Sequence record: SRR31156797_3164
Direction: 5' to 3' (one strand)
Length of the DNA: 40,994 nt
Both the position numbers and the translations under genes were made by a program. Below the pieces are notes generated by a model, which did no database searches, had not been told where the DNA came from, and worked only from the letters and a program-made list of their open reading frames with translations. Shown in pieces: positions 8,034 to 18,903 of the stretch; the stretch's first letter is position 1, and every line of letters starts with the position of its first letter.

Positions 8034-8765
8034 ATGAAAAATTCAATTTTAGATACAATACAGGCAAAGGCCCATTCTCTTTGGGAAAAAGAAGGCATAC
8101 TTGATGAAAACATCCACATCAATGCACGTACACTGAGCGTGGAAGAGGCGATTGGTAACCCGGAAGGTGATGACTTCCCCCTGCAGCGTGGAAAAGAGAA
8201 GCTGATGGAGGCTACATTTCGAAATGCTCGCGGTCAGGCATTCACAGACCGTTTTGGAAATTTCAGTTCCCCATTACGTGAAATTGTAGAGATGGATCTT
8301 GATAATAATTTTCGTCGGGCAATTTTTGTATCCGCATTCAATGCTGTTCAGCGTAGTCTCAATCAAGCCCCGAACACTATCCATTGCCGCGACGAGGGGC
8401 CAGCTCTTTGTGCACCGCAGTTTGCAAAACAGGTCATGAAAACCTATGGAAAAGTCCGTATTGCCATGATCGGTTATCAGCCAAAAATGATAGAAGCCTT
8501 TGCCGAAAAATTTGAACTTCGGGTAGTTGATCTTGATCCCGACAATATAGGCAGTCAAAAATGCGGACTCACCATCGAAGGTCCAGCAGATACCGAAGAT
8601 GCGATTAACGACGCTGAGCTATTAGTTGTTACGGGTTCTACTCTTGTCAACGATACGCTGGGTGATTTTTTACTGGAAAATAAACCTACTCTTTTTTTCG
8701 GAACAACCGTAGCCGCCGCAGCTGAACTTATGGGGTGGTCCCGTTTTTGTTGCGAAAGCAATTAA
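8034..8765 (+). CDS. DUF364-like Rossmann-fold protein
   Basis: AIGNP..DDFPL..GKE, GQAFTD, IGYQP, VTGSTLVN, FFGTT; start 8034 or 8004. Confidence 0.7.
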   Translation: MKNSILDTIQAKAHSLWEKEGILDENIHINARTLSVEEAIGNPEGDDFPLQRGKEKLMEATFRNARGQAFTDRFGNFSSPLREIVEMDLDNNFRRAIFVSAFNAVQRSLNQAPNTIHCRDEGPALCAPQFAKQVMKTYGKVRIAMIGYQPKMIEAFAEKFELRVVDLDPDNIGSQKCGLTIEGPADTEDAINDAELLVVTGSTLVNDTLGDFLLENKPTLFFGTTVAAAAELMGWSRFCCESN

Positions 8766-8811
8766 AAACTGCGACGAGTAATTGTTATTTTCTCAAATCA
8801 AGGCAAACAGC

Positions 8812-8856
8812 AATTGAAGTTGCGATAGTATCGACAGCTTCAATTACGTTTTTTTT
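8812..8856 (+). terminator. Probable intrinsic terminator of the mod cluster
   Basis: AATTGAAGTTG..CAGCTTCAATT stem followed by a long T tract. Confidence 0.55.
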
Positions 8857-9544
8857 ATTTTTTTCAATCCTGCAGGTACCATTTCATCATCAGACGAATG
8901 TTCCATCACATGGTGATGAAAGATGCCGCATATAAATGCTCAAGGATTCATACGTGTAGCCCCATCAGCTCAACAGGGACACCAGTGTTCCCTTTACTCA
9001 TCCATTTGAGGCATTCTTCAAAAAAAGAGGGTATCTTGAAAAGTTGGATTTTTCGATCAAGGTCAGGTACGCCCATACTCCAAGACGCGCGATAAATTTT
9101 ACCGCAGATATCGTTTTGAAAATCAAGCTATTTTTCATGGCATCTTAAAGCACTAGTAATAGTAAAAGGATCGCATAACAAGGCTATATCTGTCCACGCA
9201 GCACGGCTGCCCCTATTAGCGAGCCGGGAGCGAGATGCCGATGCGTTGCTATACAAATCAAATCCAGGCGGTAATTTTTGCTCACCACCAGGGAGGTTAT
9301 ATGAACGCACTATAAGGTAGAGTCTAACCTTTTCTCGTTCAGGCACGGATTAATGATTTGGGGCTACCTTGATTTCGTGCAAATCCTTCTTAACAGTTAT
9401 GAAGCAGCCAAAGACCACAAGTGGTTGCGCAAAAAAGCAATCTGACCAGAACAAACTATCGTCTGACCATGGCTATGCTCCCTTACCAATATAAAGTTAA
9501 TAGCAGATTATAAAACCACGATCCGATGCAACAGGAGACACTTT

Positions 9545-10762
9545 ATGGAAAAAATCACAGTTAAAAATCCCATTGTTGAGCTTGACGGCGATGAAATGAC
9601 CAGAATCATCTGGGATTTTATCAAACAAAAGCTGATTCTCCCTTACCTGGATGTTGATATTAAGTATTATGATCTTTCCATTCAGAAACGGGATGAGACC
9701 GATGACCAGATTACGATTGATGCAGCAAACGCTATAAAGAAATACGGTGTCGGAGTAAAATGCGCCACTATCACCCCTGACGAGGCAAGGGTTGAGGAGT
9801 TCGACCTCCAGCAAATGTGGAAATCACCCAATGGTACCATCCGTAATATCATTGGCGGGACAGTCTTTCGTCAGCCCATCATTTGCAACAACATCCCCCG
9901 GCTTGTACCTGGTTGGAAAAAACCAATCGTGATCGGCAGACATGCCTTTGGCGACCAGTATCGTGCCACCGACTTTCTTGTTCCCGGCCCGGGGAAACTC
10001 ACCATGAAATTTGAACCGGCAGACGGTAGTGCTTCAGTTGAGTATGAAGTATTTGAATTTCCGGACAGCGGCTGCGCCATGGGAATGTATAACCTGGACG
10101 CATCCATCCGCGGTTTTGCTCGTTCCTGTATGAACTATGGGCTCAACCTAGGCTGGCCGGTGTACCTTTCCACCAAAAACACCATCCTTAAAAAATATGA
10201 CGGTCGTTTTAAGGATATCTTTCAAGAAGTATATGAGCAGGAGTTTGCCGAGCGATTTGATGCAGCAGGAATCACCTATGAACACAGGCTTATAGATGAC
10301 ATGGTTGCGGCCGCCCTCAAGTGGGAAGGAGGCTTTATCTGGGCCTGTAAAAATTACGATGGTGATGTCCAGTCAGACACTGTTGCCCAGGGATTCGGCT
10401 CCCTTGGTCTCATGACATCCGTCTTAATGACAGAAGACGGTAAAACTGTTGAAGCAGAAGCAGCCCACGGTACCGTTACTCGCCACTATCGGGAACACCA
10501 GAAAGGTAACAAAACCTCGACCAACCCTATTGCCTCTATCTTTGCCTGGACCCGCGGTCTGGCTTACCGTGGCAAATACGACGAGACCCCAGAGGTAATC
10601 AGCTTTGCTGAAACCCTTGAACAGGTATGTATAGATACAGTTGAATCGGGTGCCATGACCAAAGACCTGGCATTGCTGGTTGGTGGAGATCAGACGTTTC
10701 TCACCACCGAGGAATTCCTGGCCAAACTCGACCAAAACCTGCAGGCCGCGCTGCAAAAATAA
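9545..10762 (+). CDS. icd: NADP-dependent isocitrate dehydrogenase (eukaryote-like subfamily II)
   Basis: [56 protein letters not shown]. Confidence 0.97.
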   Translation: MEKITVKNPIVELDGDEMTRIIWDFIKQKLILPYLDVDIKYYDLSIQKRDETDDQITIDAANAIKKYGVGVKCATITPDEARVEEFDLQQMWKSPNGTIRNIIGGTVFRQPIICNNIPRLVPGWKKPIVIGRHAFGDQYRATDFLVPGPGKLTMKFEPADGSASVEYEVFEFPDSGCAMGMYNLDASIRGFARSCMNYGLNLGWPVYLSTKNTILKKYDGRFKDIFQEVYEQEFAERFDAAGITYEHRLIDDMVAAALKWEGGFIWACKNYDGDVQSDTVAQGFGSLGLMTSVLMTEDGKTVEAEAAHGTVTRHYREHQKGNKTSTNPIASIFAWTRGLAYRGKYDETPEVISFAETLEQVCIDTVESGAMTKDLALLVGGDQTFLTTEEFLAKLDQNLQAALQK

Positions 10763-10812
10763 CTGGTCAAACAGAATCTTCTTCAGCACACCATAAACAG
10801 AGGATAAACCTA

Positions 10813-10848
10813 CAGATCGTCGTATCATATTCAAGATACGACGATCTG
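10813..10848. repeat. Perfect 14-bp inverted repeat downstream of icd
   Basis: CAGATCGTCGTATC-8 nt-GATACGACGATCTG. Confidence 0.75.
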
Positions 10849-10928
10849 ATCCAGGTGCATCCAAACGACTCTCCCCGGTATAAGCTCACAAGATCGACCA
10901 CTTCCTCGAAAAAGTCTGAAGGACAACG

Positions 10929-10967
10929 AAAAAGGCGGAGTCAACCATCGCTGACTCCGCCTTTTTT
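10929..10967. terminator. Bidirectional intrinsic terminator
   Basis: AAAAAGGCGGAGTCA-loop-TGACTCCGCCTTTTTT between convergent genes. Confidence 0.88.
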
Positions 10968-10989
10968 CGATCTATATAGTTATTCGGTT

Positions 10990-12216
10990 TTATAGCTTCC
11001 AGGACACCCCTATGGTCAAAAGGTGGGCAGCGGCATCATCAAAAGTTCCATTAATGGTATCCTGGGTAACTGTTCGGCTGTCTTTATTATCATAAAGATA
11101 GGCAATCCCCACTTCTATATCTTCGGTTGCCTGATAACGTAACCCTATGGAATAAAGCTGTGCATCCGAATCGGGTAACTCAAAGCCAAGAGTATCATCT
11201 GGGGCGGGGTTTTCATCCAGTGCAAAACCTGCCATGAGCACAAAATCATTTTTAAAATCATACTCTATACTGATGCGAAAGGTATCAGTATCCGACCAAT
11301 TTCTTGCCATGGGTTGGTCAAACGCCGCATTGAGCACAGGGTTAGTGAGGGAACCCGAATAATCAAAATCAAGTGTTTCATACTCTGACCAGTAGGTTCT
11401 ATCATACTCCAACTCAACCGTCAGCTGATCAAAAAACGTATAGGATGCTGCAATGGCTAAAACCGCAGGAACAGGAATAACTACATCAGCATCACCGTTG
11501 TAGGTACCGGAATCAAAGGAGGTGGCCAGTCTGGCAGAACCGGCTATATCAAGATCAATCTTAGAGCGGTAGGTAACCGAAATATTCAAATCCTCAACCG
11601 GGCGTGCGGTCAGGGCAAGGTTATAACCAGCTTCCCAGGCATCACCGTCCATATCGCGACTTATGCTAGCCCCTGTGGAGGTCATACCCGAACTCTTCAC
11701 CTTGCCATCAGCATAGATTCCCCGAATGCCGACCCCAGCGGTAAACTGATCACAAAACCGGTAAGACAAGGTGGGATTTGCCTCAAAAACCTTGAGGGTA
11801 AATTCTTCAGCAAAAGTTTTAGGGTATGGATCGTGCCATTGCTTTGACAAACCTGCGGGTGCGGTAACAGAAAAACCTACTCTGAAATTGCCATAATAGG
11901 GAGACACAGCAAAAAAGGTTGGCACAAAGAAATTTTCTTTTTCTGATTCACCATTGAACGATGGGGTTCTATTATCGGTGTATGAAATTGATGCAAGATG
12001 TATCCAGGTAGCATCAATTTCCAAATACCCCCGGTCATCGAGCCACGACATGTTTGCCGGATTAAAATACGTTGCATCAGCACCAGGGGTATACGCTACA
12101 TAGGCTCCTGACCGTGCTGTGGAATTGACAGACTGCTCTGGCAACCTCCATCCTGAGCCATATGCAGAACCAGCTCCCACAAGTAAAGCTGCTGCCACCA
12201 CCGCTGTTTTCTTCAT
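10990..12216 (-). CDS. OmpP1/FadL family outer-membrane long-chain fatty-acid channel
   Basis: Signal peptide, FNPANM hatch motif, LPDSD, amphipathic beta strands, C-terminal GVSWKL. Confidence 0.9.
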   Translation of the reverse strand: MKKTAVVAAALLVGAGSAYGSGWRLPEQSVNSTARSGAYVAYTPGADATYFNPANMSWLDDRGYLEIDATWIHLASISYTDNRTPSFNGESEKENFFVPTFFAVSPYYGNFRVGFSVTAPAGLSKQWHDPYPKTFAEEFTLKVFEANPTLSYRFCDQFTAGVGIRGIYADGKVKSSGMTSTGASISRDMDGDAWEAGYNLALTARPVEDLNISVTYRSKIDLDIAGSARLATSFDSGTYNGDADVVIPVPAVLAIAASYTFFDQLTVELEYDRTYWSEYETLDFDYSGSLTNPVLNAAFDQPMARNWSDTDTFRISIEYDFKNDFVLMAGFALDENPAPDDTLGFELPDSDAQLYSIGLRYQATEDIEVGIAYLYDNKDSRTVTQDTINGTFDDAAAHLLTIGVSWKL

Positions 12217-12244
12217 CTCCCCTCCTTACCTATTATCGGTTTAA

Positions 12245-14020
12245 TCACACATGCATATTGCCAGCTGAATACAGGTATCTTTTAATTTTATGGGTTGCGG
12301 TTTTTATGAATGGTTCACGTCGCTCCAACACGCGAGAGAGCCTTGAAGAAGGGGGCAGTTTTTCATTTACCTCTACCCGCATCTCTTCCAACATGGACGA
12401 GATAAAATGATGCCTTTGCGTTCGGTTCTTACCCACAGTTTTATTGTCAATAAATTCATAATCAGGGTATACCCATACTTCCAATACCCCACGATTTTCC
12501 ACGACAAGGGACTCAACCACAAAAGATGATGCATTAACTTTGTGTTCAATGCCCTCTGGATAGACATTTTCCCCATTTGACAGAACGATAACCGATTTTG
12601 AGCGCCCCTTAATATACAAATTCCCTTCACTGTCTAAGAAACCTAGATCACCGGTTTTCAACCAGCCATCTTCGGTAAAACTGTCTTTGGTCGCCTCAGG
12701 GTCGTTGAGGTAGCCCTGCATAACATTGGGACCTCTTGCCTGAATCTCACCAATACCATCACTGGAACGCCCTTCATCTATACGAATTTCCACCCTTGGC
12801 ATAGGCTTCCCCACAGATCCCAAATTAACCGTCTTATCTCCATGAGGGCCACCGGCTAGCAACGGAGAGGATTCAGTAAGTCCGTAGCCAACCAAAAAGG
12901 GAAATCCTGCATCACGCAGAAAGGTCTCGACCTCAGGGTTGAGAGCTGCCCCACCGATCCCCATGAGTTCCATCCGACCACCAAAAAAATCGGTGAGCTT
13001 ACTGCCAATCTTTCGATACACCATCTTTCTGCCCATATTGAAACGACAGGCAAAAGAGAGCATCTTACTTTTCTCAACCGCCGGGACCACCCGCTTCTTG
13101 TAAATCTTTTCAATTACCAACGGTACAACCAACATCACATGGGGCCGCTCTTTTGCACAAATTCGCTGTAAGATGGCAGGGGTAGGTGTCTTGCCAGCAT
13201 ACACAACACGACAACCGGTCAACAGGGGAAGTAAAAAACCAGTTGTAAACTCATAGGTGTGTGAAATCGGCAGTACAGACAGAAAAACCCATCCTGCCAG
13301 GATATCCATAACTCCACTTGCCGAATACGCATTGGAGCACAGATTTTGGTGACTCAACATCACGGCTTTTGAAAATCCAGAGGTCCCTGAAGTATATAAT
13401 ACAGATGCAATATCTTCGGGTTTTACAACGGAAAAAGTCAACGTTTCATTTTCCGCCTCCACACTGAACTGGCTAAGTGCCTTATCCAGAAAGCTACTGA
13501 AAGTCTGCAGAGGAATAAGTCCGGTATCATCGATGTAATCATCAAGAGTTACAACTGTGCTAAGATCTTTTTTGAGATCATAGATCTTCTCTATTTGTCT
13601 CTGGGTGAGAAAAATAATATCACACTCCATTTCATTGAGAATGTGATGCACGTCGGCTTCCGGCAAATCCGGAAAAAGTGGCACGGTATGGGCTCCCAAT
13701 CTGACAATGGCAAAATATACCATTCCCCAATAATGAGAATTTTCGCTGAGGATGGCGACTCTGTCGCCCCTCTTGACTCCCAAGGAACCGAGATAGGCCG
13801 CTAGGCTGAGTATCCTTACATGAAACTCCTTATAACTCAAGGGCTCCTCAAGAGCCATTCCGGTAGCAGGTAAATGGCGAAATCGCCTGCAGCTTATGTC
13901 AATAAGCTCATTTAAAGTTGCCGCATTTTCCTGGATAGCTGGCAGATTTTCAATGGAGACGGTATCAACTGGTATTTCTCCATCATCCACCTTTTTTTCT
14001 ATTTTAGGTTCATCGTTCAT
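12245..14020 (-). CDS. Long-chain fatty acyl-CoA synthetase (AMP-binding enzyme)
   Basis: YTSGTSGFSK, GYGLTE, GWLKTGDLG, GENVYPE; ATG 14020 behind GGAG; co-oriented with FadL gene. Confidence 0.9.
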   Translation of the reverse strand: MNDEPKIEKKVDDGEIPVDTVSIENLPAIQENAATLNELIDISCRRFRHLPATGMALEEPLSYKEFHVRILSLAAYLGSLGVKRGDRVAILSENSHYWGMVYFAIVRLGAHTVPLFPDLPEADVHHILNEMECDIIFLTQRQIEKIYDLKKDLSTVVTLDDYIDDTGLIPLQTFSSFLDKALSQFSVEAENETLTFSVVKPEDIASVLYTSGTSGFSKAVMLSHQNLCSNAYSASGVMDILAGWVFLSVLPISHTYEFTTGFLLPLLTGCRVVYAGKTPTPAILQRICAKERPHVMLVVPLVIEKIYKKRVVPAVEKSKMLSFACRFNMGRKMVYRKIGSKLTDFFGGRMELMGIGGAALNPEVETFLRDAGFPFLVGYGLTESSPLLAGGPHGDKTVNLGSVGKPMPRVEIRIDEGRSSDGIGEIQARGPNVMQGYLNDPEATKDSFTEDGWLKTGDLGFLDSEGNLYIKGRSKSVIVLSNGENVYPEGIEHKVNASSFVVESLVVENRGVLEVWVYPDYEFIDNKTVGKNRTQRHHFISSMLEEMRVEVNEKLPPSSRLSRVLERREPFIKTATHKIKRYLYSAGNMHV

Positions 14021-14187
14021 GCTATTCTCCAAATACAGACCTTAGCCATTGTCATTTTTGGACTGTTGATACCATAAACAACGAGAGTTTTCAAAGGAAA
14101 CGGGATCAAATGGCTTGACAGTGAACCGGCACAGATATTAAAATTCCAATTCTTTTTCAATTGATCAAAATCGAGTGATTCATTCTC

Positions 14188-15243
14188 ATGCAACGAGGCA
14201 TACCTTTTTTAATCCTTCTCTTTTTTCTCTGTACGCTCTTCCACGTCCAGGAAGTTGCAGCAGTACAGCTCCCTGTCCTGAAAGCCAGTGCCAAAAAGAG
14301 ACCTGACACTCAACCTCGAAAAGGTGCAGCCTCTGCCTCCGCTCCCAATCGATCCACCACATACAACAGCAAGACCTCAACGGTTATTTCCCTGGGTGAA
14401 GCAAACAAGATCACAGCCGTTAAAAAAAGAGTGAGCACACTCCATAAGAACAAAAACATCCGTCTGCCCAAAATCAACAAACAGATCAGTTCCAAATGTG
14501 TGATGGTGATGGATGCAGTTACCGGAAAAACAATCTTTGCAAAGTCACCCGATACACCTCGCCAACCAGCTTCCACCATCAAGGTACTCACAGGCTCTAT
14601 TGCCCTGAAAGTATTACAAAAAAGTGATAAAATTGCAGTGAGCCACAAGGCATCCAGGATGCCGAGCTCCAAGGTCTACCTCGACCCCAAAAAAAATTAT
14701 CTGGCAACAGACCTTATCAATGCAGTGCTCTTGGCCTCAGCAAATGATGCCAGTGTAGCATTGGCAGAAAAAATAGCTGGTAACGAAAAAAAATTCGCCT
14801 ACATGATGACCTTAAGAGCAAAGCTGTGGGGAGCAAAGCGGACTATCTGTAAAACAGCATCTGGACTCACGGCCAAGGGCCAGCAGTCCACTGCAAGAGA
14901 CCTGGCAAACATTTTCAGACATGCCATGAAAAACCCTGAATTTGCCCGCCGGATGAAAAAACGCAGAGCAGTGACCACCGAAGGAAAAACGCTATACAAT
15001 CACAACAAGGCCCTGTGGAGGGTAAAAGGGACGCAGGCCGGAAAAACAGGCTACACAGCAGCAGCCCGCCAGACCTATGTGGGACAATTCTCCCGAGACG
15101 GGGAAAGTATAGTGGTTGCGATCATGGGAAGCGAAACGATGTGGAGTGATGTCAAAAAACTTGTCGACTACGGCTTCAAGAAAAAACAGCAGATTCGCTA
15201 CGCCCAAGCGGCGGATTCCACACCGGCAACTGCCATCAACTAG
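14188..15243 (+). CDS. D-alanyl-D-alanine carboxypeptidase/endopeptidase (peptidase S11)
   Basis: PASTIK (SxxK), SAN (SxN), KTGYT; signal peptide and basic N-terminal extension. Confidence 0.92.
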   Translation: MQRGIPFLILLFFLCTLFHVQEVAAVQLPVLKASAKKRPDTQPRKGAASASAPNRSTTYNSKTSTVISLGEANKITAVKKRVSTLHKNKNIRLPKINKQISSKCVMVMDAVTGKTIFAKSPDTPRQPASTIKVLTGSIALKVLQKSDKIAVSHKASRMPSSKVYLDPKKNYLATDLINAVLLASANDASVALAEKIAGNEKKFAYMMTLRAKLWGAKRTICKTASGLTAKGQQSTARDLANIFRHAMKNPEFARRMKKRRAVTTEGKTLYNHNKALWRVKGTQAGKTGYTAAARQTYVGQFSRDGESIVVAIMGSETMWSDVKKLVDYGFKKKQQIRYAQAADSTPATAIN

Positions 15244-15246
15244 TTA

Positions 15247-15282
15247 CAAAAAAAGCCTGCATTTACATGCAGGCTTTTTTTT
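15247..15282. terminator. Bidirectional intrinsic terminator
   Basis: A7-GCCTGCAT-TTAC-ATGCAGGC-T8. Confidence 0.88.
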
Positions 15283-15649
15283 ATTTTTCCAGCTGTTGAC
15301 TTACCAGGCTAAGAAGAACATCACGTTTGAAGGGTTTCTCAAGAGTTGCAATATCACCTAAATAGCCAGCCATGGTCAAGTAGCGTTCAGCCTTAATTGC
15401 CCCGCCGCCTGAGATAGCCAGTATCTTGAGGTCGGGATAATCCCGCACCAATTCCATGATAAACTTGAGCCCATCCTTCACAGGCATAATCATATCTGTG
15501 ATAACAAGGTCAAAAGAATACTTGCCCACTAGTGACATACCATCCTCACCGTTCTCTGCTGTGTGCACCTCATATCCTTCCTGTGACAGCATCTGTGTCA
15601 GCATCGTCCGAATCTGATCCTCATCATCTACAACTAATATCCGCTTCAA
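15281..15649 (-). CDS. Single-domain response regulator (CheY-like receiver)
   Basis: ILVVDDE, DLVITDMIMP, ISGGG, KPF; TTG 15649 fits AGGAG spacing better than 15658. Confidence 0.9.
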   Translation of the reverse strand: MKRILVVDDEDQIRTMLTQMLSQEGYEVHTAENGEDGMSLVGKYSFDLVITDMIMPVKDGLKFIMELVRDYPDLKILAISGGGAIKAERYLTMAGYLGDIATLEKPFKRDVLLSLVSQQLEK

Positions 15650-15744
15650 AGGACGCAACTCCTGGTAAAGGGTAATAATGTAAACCTATTACCTCTATAA
15701 TAGCAGTGTGACGAGCAGCCAGGCAACTGCTTTTTAATATTTTT

Positions 15745-16680
15745 CTATTTTACCCGTCTACATAGCCTCCCAAAACCACCAGGAATGGTACCGGAAGCCC
15801 AAAATGCTCTACCGTGCTTATAGTCAACAAACCAGTATCCACCCGGCTTTCGGGTAGCATCCACAAAAACAAACGGCTGCGCGGATGAAAAACAGGGGTG
15901 GGTATATTGGTCTTTACTATTTTTTTCTTTGCACATTAACGAGAGTCCTTCGGCCATGGTCGGCAGGCGCCAGTCATCATATCCTGCAAATTTTGCCTTA
16001 TTATATTTTTCCACCTCCCGCCGCATCGAACGATTGCTCATGATATCAGCACCTTCTCGCTGCCACATCAAACCGGACTTATTATCAATAACAGTCTTCC
16101 CATCTCCACTGTCAACAAGACAACTCTCATAGCTCCCATCAGGGCTGCGTTCATGGTCAACGAGATTGTACTTCTTAACCAATTCCACTACATCTTCTTC
16201 GCTCAAGTCAGATGGCTGGTCAGGTAACTCTACCGATGCTACAACCTCGCCAGCTTCACCAACACCCGGCAGTCCGGTGGGACCAAGAATATCTATACTT
16301 TCGTCTTCAATGGGGATAATTTTTGATTCATCCTCAGTTTCGATCACATGCTCAACCAACCACGTTCTAAGCCGTTCATTGATGGGATGGGTACGCTCAA
16401 ACATGGCCACCTTCCCTTGCTCGTCGACACATTCTTCGACCAATTCCTGCGGAGCAAGAATTTCTGCAACAACCCTGGCATGCTTAATCCCCCGCTCCAT
16501 AAGGCATAACTTTGAGGGCTCTCCCCAGGCATCAATAAAAAAGTAATAAATCCGCTCATTCTTACTACGAACACGCTCGACCCCACCCCAACTTTCAAAG
16601 GTTCCAAAAGTGTATTCCGGGGTCATCTCCCAGTCAATGGTTGGCATTCCCGAAATTTGCAGTCTTTTGAACAGTCCCAT
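15745..16680 (-). CDS. DVU0772-like N-terminal domain fused to a DUF1566/Lcl C-terminal domain
   Basis: IDWEMTPE..YFFIDAW N-terminus; C-terminal GKTVIDNKSGLMWQ, AGYDDWRLPT. Confidence 0.7.
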   Translation of the reverse strand: MGLFKRLQISGMPTIDWEMTPEYTFGTFESWGGVERVRSKNERIYYFFIDAWGEPSKLCLMERGIKHARVVAEILAPQELVEECVDEQGKVAMFERTHPINERLRTWLVEHVIETEDESKIIPIEDESIDILGPTGLPGVGEAGEVVASVELPDQPSDLSEEDVVELVKKYNLVDHERSPDGSYESCLVDSGDGKTVIDNKSGLMWQREGADIMSNRSMRREVEKYNKAKFAGYDDWRLPTMAEGLSLMCKEKNSKDQYTHPCFSSAQPFVFVDATRKPGGYWFVDYKHGRAFWASGTIPGGFGRLCRRVK

Positions 16681-16782
16681 AAATCCTCCTTAAGTATTTA
16701 GAAAAAATCTAAAACCAAGTAGAGTGTTTGCGAAAATAAATCTCCTCTCACTTTATATAATGATTATTATTATCAGGTCAAG

Positions 16783-18903
16783 ATGAATAAGCTAACAACC
16801 TACCCGGCTGGCTGTCCTCTGCCACTGGGAACTTCGCCAACGCCTGACGGGATTAACTTCGCTCTTTTTTCTAGAAATGCAGTAGCAGTAACCCTGATTC
16901 TCGAACTCAACGAGCATGGGAGACGTCATCAACTCGAGATCAAGCTGCATCCAAAAATAAATAAAACCGGTGACATATGGCACATCCTCATTCCTGACCT
17001 AAGCATACCCTGCTATTACGGCTATCGAATATCCGGCCCCTTTGACCCGGAAGGCAGCGGTCACGCCTATGACGATTCCCTCATTATCTTAGATCCCTAC
17101 GCCAAAGAGCTTCGATCCTCTCATTGGGGAGACAAATGGGGAGGGCTGGGCCAGCAGCCTTGCTGCCGCATTCAGTCGCCGCAATATGAGTGGGAAGACG
17201 ATCGCCCATTAAACATTCCCCTTAAGGACTCCATTATTTACGAACTCCATGTTCGTGGATTCACCAAGGATCCTTCCTCAAATGTCACTTCCCCCGGCAC
17301 CTTCAAAGGAATCACCGAAAAAATACCATATTTAAAACACTTGGGGGTTACTGCTGTAGAGTTAATGCCAGTAACCGAATTCAATGAGAACGAGACACTC
17401 TTCGCCAACCCAGAAACAGGTGAAAAGCTAAAAAATTACTGGGGCTACAGCCCACTCTCCTTCTTCTCTCCCAAATCGGGTTATTGCAGCCAACCGGACA
17501 ATCCTATCAATGAATTCAGGGATATGGTCAAAGCACTGCACAAGGCGGGCATTGAAGTTATTTTAGACATTGTCTACAACCATACTGCCGAAGGGGGCAT
17601 CGACGGGCCGACAACAAGCTTCAGGGGAATCGATAATACCATCTACTATCTGCTTGATCCCTGGACCAGAACCTATCTCAACTTTTCGGGCTGCGGCAAC
17701 ACCTGCAACTGCAATCACCCCATTGTCCGTAGCCTTATAATAGACGCTCTCCACTGGTGGGTTATTGAAATGCATGTGGACGGTTTCCGTTTTGATCTAG
17801 CTTCCATCCTCGGCAGAGATTCAAATGGCCAGGTCCTGGCCAATCCACCCATGGTGGAAATGATTGCCGAAGACCCTGTTCTTGCCGACACCAAAATCAT
17901 TGCAGAGGCATGGGATGCTGCTGGCTTGTATCAGGTAGGGAGCTTTTCAACGCATCATCGTTGGGCAGAGTGGAACGGCAAATTCCGTGACGATATACGG
18001 TCTTTCATGTGTGGTCATGAGAATACGGTTGCATCACTTGCGACCCGCATCGCAGGCAGCTCTGATCTCTACCAACACAATAACAGACGCCCCTGTAACT
18101 CGATCAATTTTATCACGAGCCATGACGGGTTCACCTTAACTGACCTTGTCAGCTACAACAATAAACACAACCTTCTCAACGGAGAAGGCAACCGTGATGG
18201 CGACAATAATAACATCAGTTGGAACAGTGGAACCGAAGGACCAACAAACGACAAAACTATCCTGGCACTCCGTTCTCGTCGATGCAGAACCATGCTCGCT
18301 ATCCTCTTTCTCTCCCAGGGAGTGCCAATGATTGTTGCAGGAGATGAGTTCTCTCGAAGCCAGCAAGGCAACAATAATGCTTGGTGCCAGGACAACAAGA
18401 CAAGCTGGCTCAACTGGCAGCTCTGGGAACAGAATCAGACCATGTTCCGCTTTGTACAGCAGCTGATCAGGTTACGAAAAGAACATATTGTTTTCAGACG
18501 AGATGATTTTTTTCTCACTGCCGACAATCCCGATGAGCCCCCTCACATGCAGGAAATATGCTGGCATGGTATGGTACCTGGTCAACAAAATTGGTCTGGC
18601 GAGTGTCACACGCTAAGCTTTCTCTTAAACGGCTCCCAGCTGCCTGAAGAAGACGATGATTTTTACGTTATGCTGAACGGTAATATAAAGACAGCAAAGA
18701 CTTTCACCATTCCGGCACCACCAATACGACCACACCAGAGGATCTGGAAAAAAATAATTGATACAGGACTCAATGGCCCTCAGGATTTCCAGGAACTGCC
18801 TGAGGCTCCGAGCGTTAATAATGGAGCAGCTGTTTCTGTCCCCAATATGGGCTGTGTGGTACTGCAGTCAACCATCGCAAAAAATGATAAGGAAATAAGA
18901 TGA
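16783..18903 (+). CDS. glgX: Glycogen debranching enzyme (GH13 isoamylase)
   Basis: IIYELHVRGFT, NYWGY, DIVYNHTAEG, DGFRFDLA, IAEAWD, HDGFTL. Confidence 0.95.
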   Translation: MNKLTTYPAGCPLPLGTSPTPDGINFALFSRNAVAVTLILELNEHGRRHQLEIKLHPKINKTGDIWHILIPDLSIPCYYGYRISGPFDPEGSGHAYDDSLIILDPYAKELRSSHWGDKWGGLGQQPCCRIQSPQYEWEDDRPLNIPLKDSIIYELHVRGFTKDPSSNVTSPGTFKGITEKIPYLKHLGVTAVELMPVTEFNENETLFANPETGEKLKNYWGYSPLSFFSPKSGYCSQPDNPINEFRDMVKALHKAGIEVILDIVYNHTAEGGIDGPTTSFRGIDNTIYYLLDPWTRTYLNFSGCGNTCNCNHPIVRSLIIDALHWWVIEMHVDGFRFDLASILGRDSNGQVLANPPMVEMIAEDPVLADTKIIAEAWDAAGLYQVGSFSTHHRWAEWNGKFRDDIRSFMCGHENTVASLATRIAGSSDLYQHNNRRPCNSINFITSHDGFTLTDLVSYNNKHNLLNGEGNRDGDNNNISWNSGTEGPTNDKTILALRSRRCRTMLAILFLSQGVPMIVAGDEFSRSQQGNNNAWCQDNKTSWLNWQLWEQNQTMFRFVQQLIRLRKEHIVFRRDDFFLTADNPDEPPHMQEICWHGMVPGQQNWSGECHTLSFLLNGSQLPEEDDDFYVMLNGNIKTAKTFTIPAPPIRPHQRIWKKIIDTGLNGPQDFQELPEAPSVNNGAAVSVPNMGCVVLQSTIAKNDKEIR

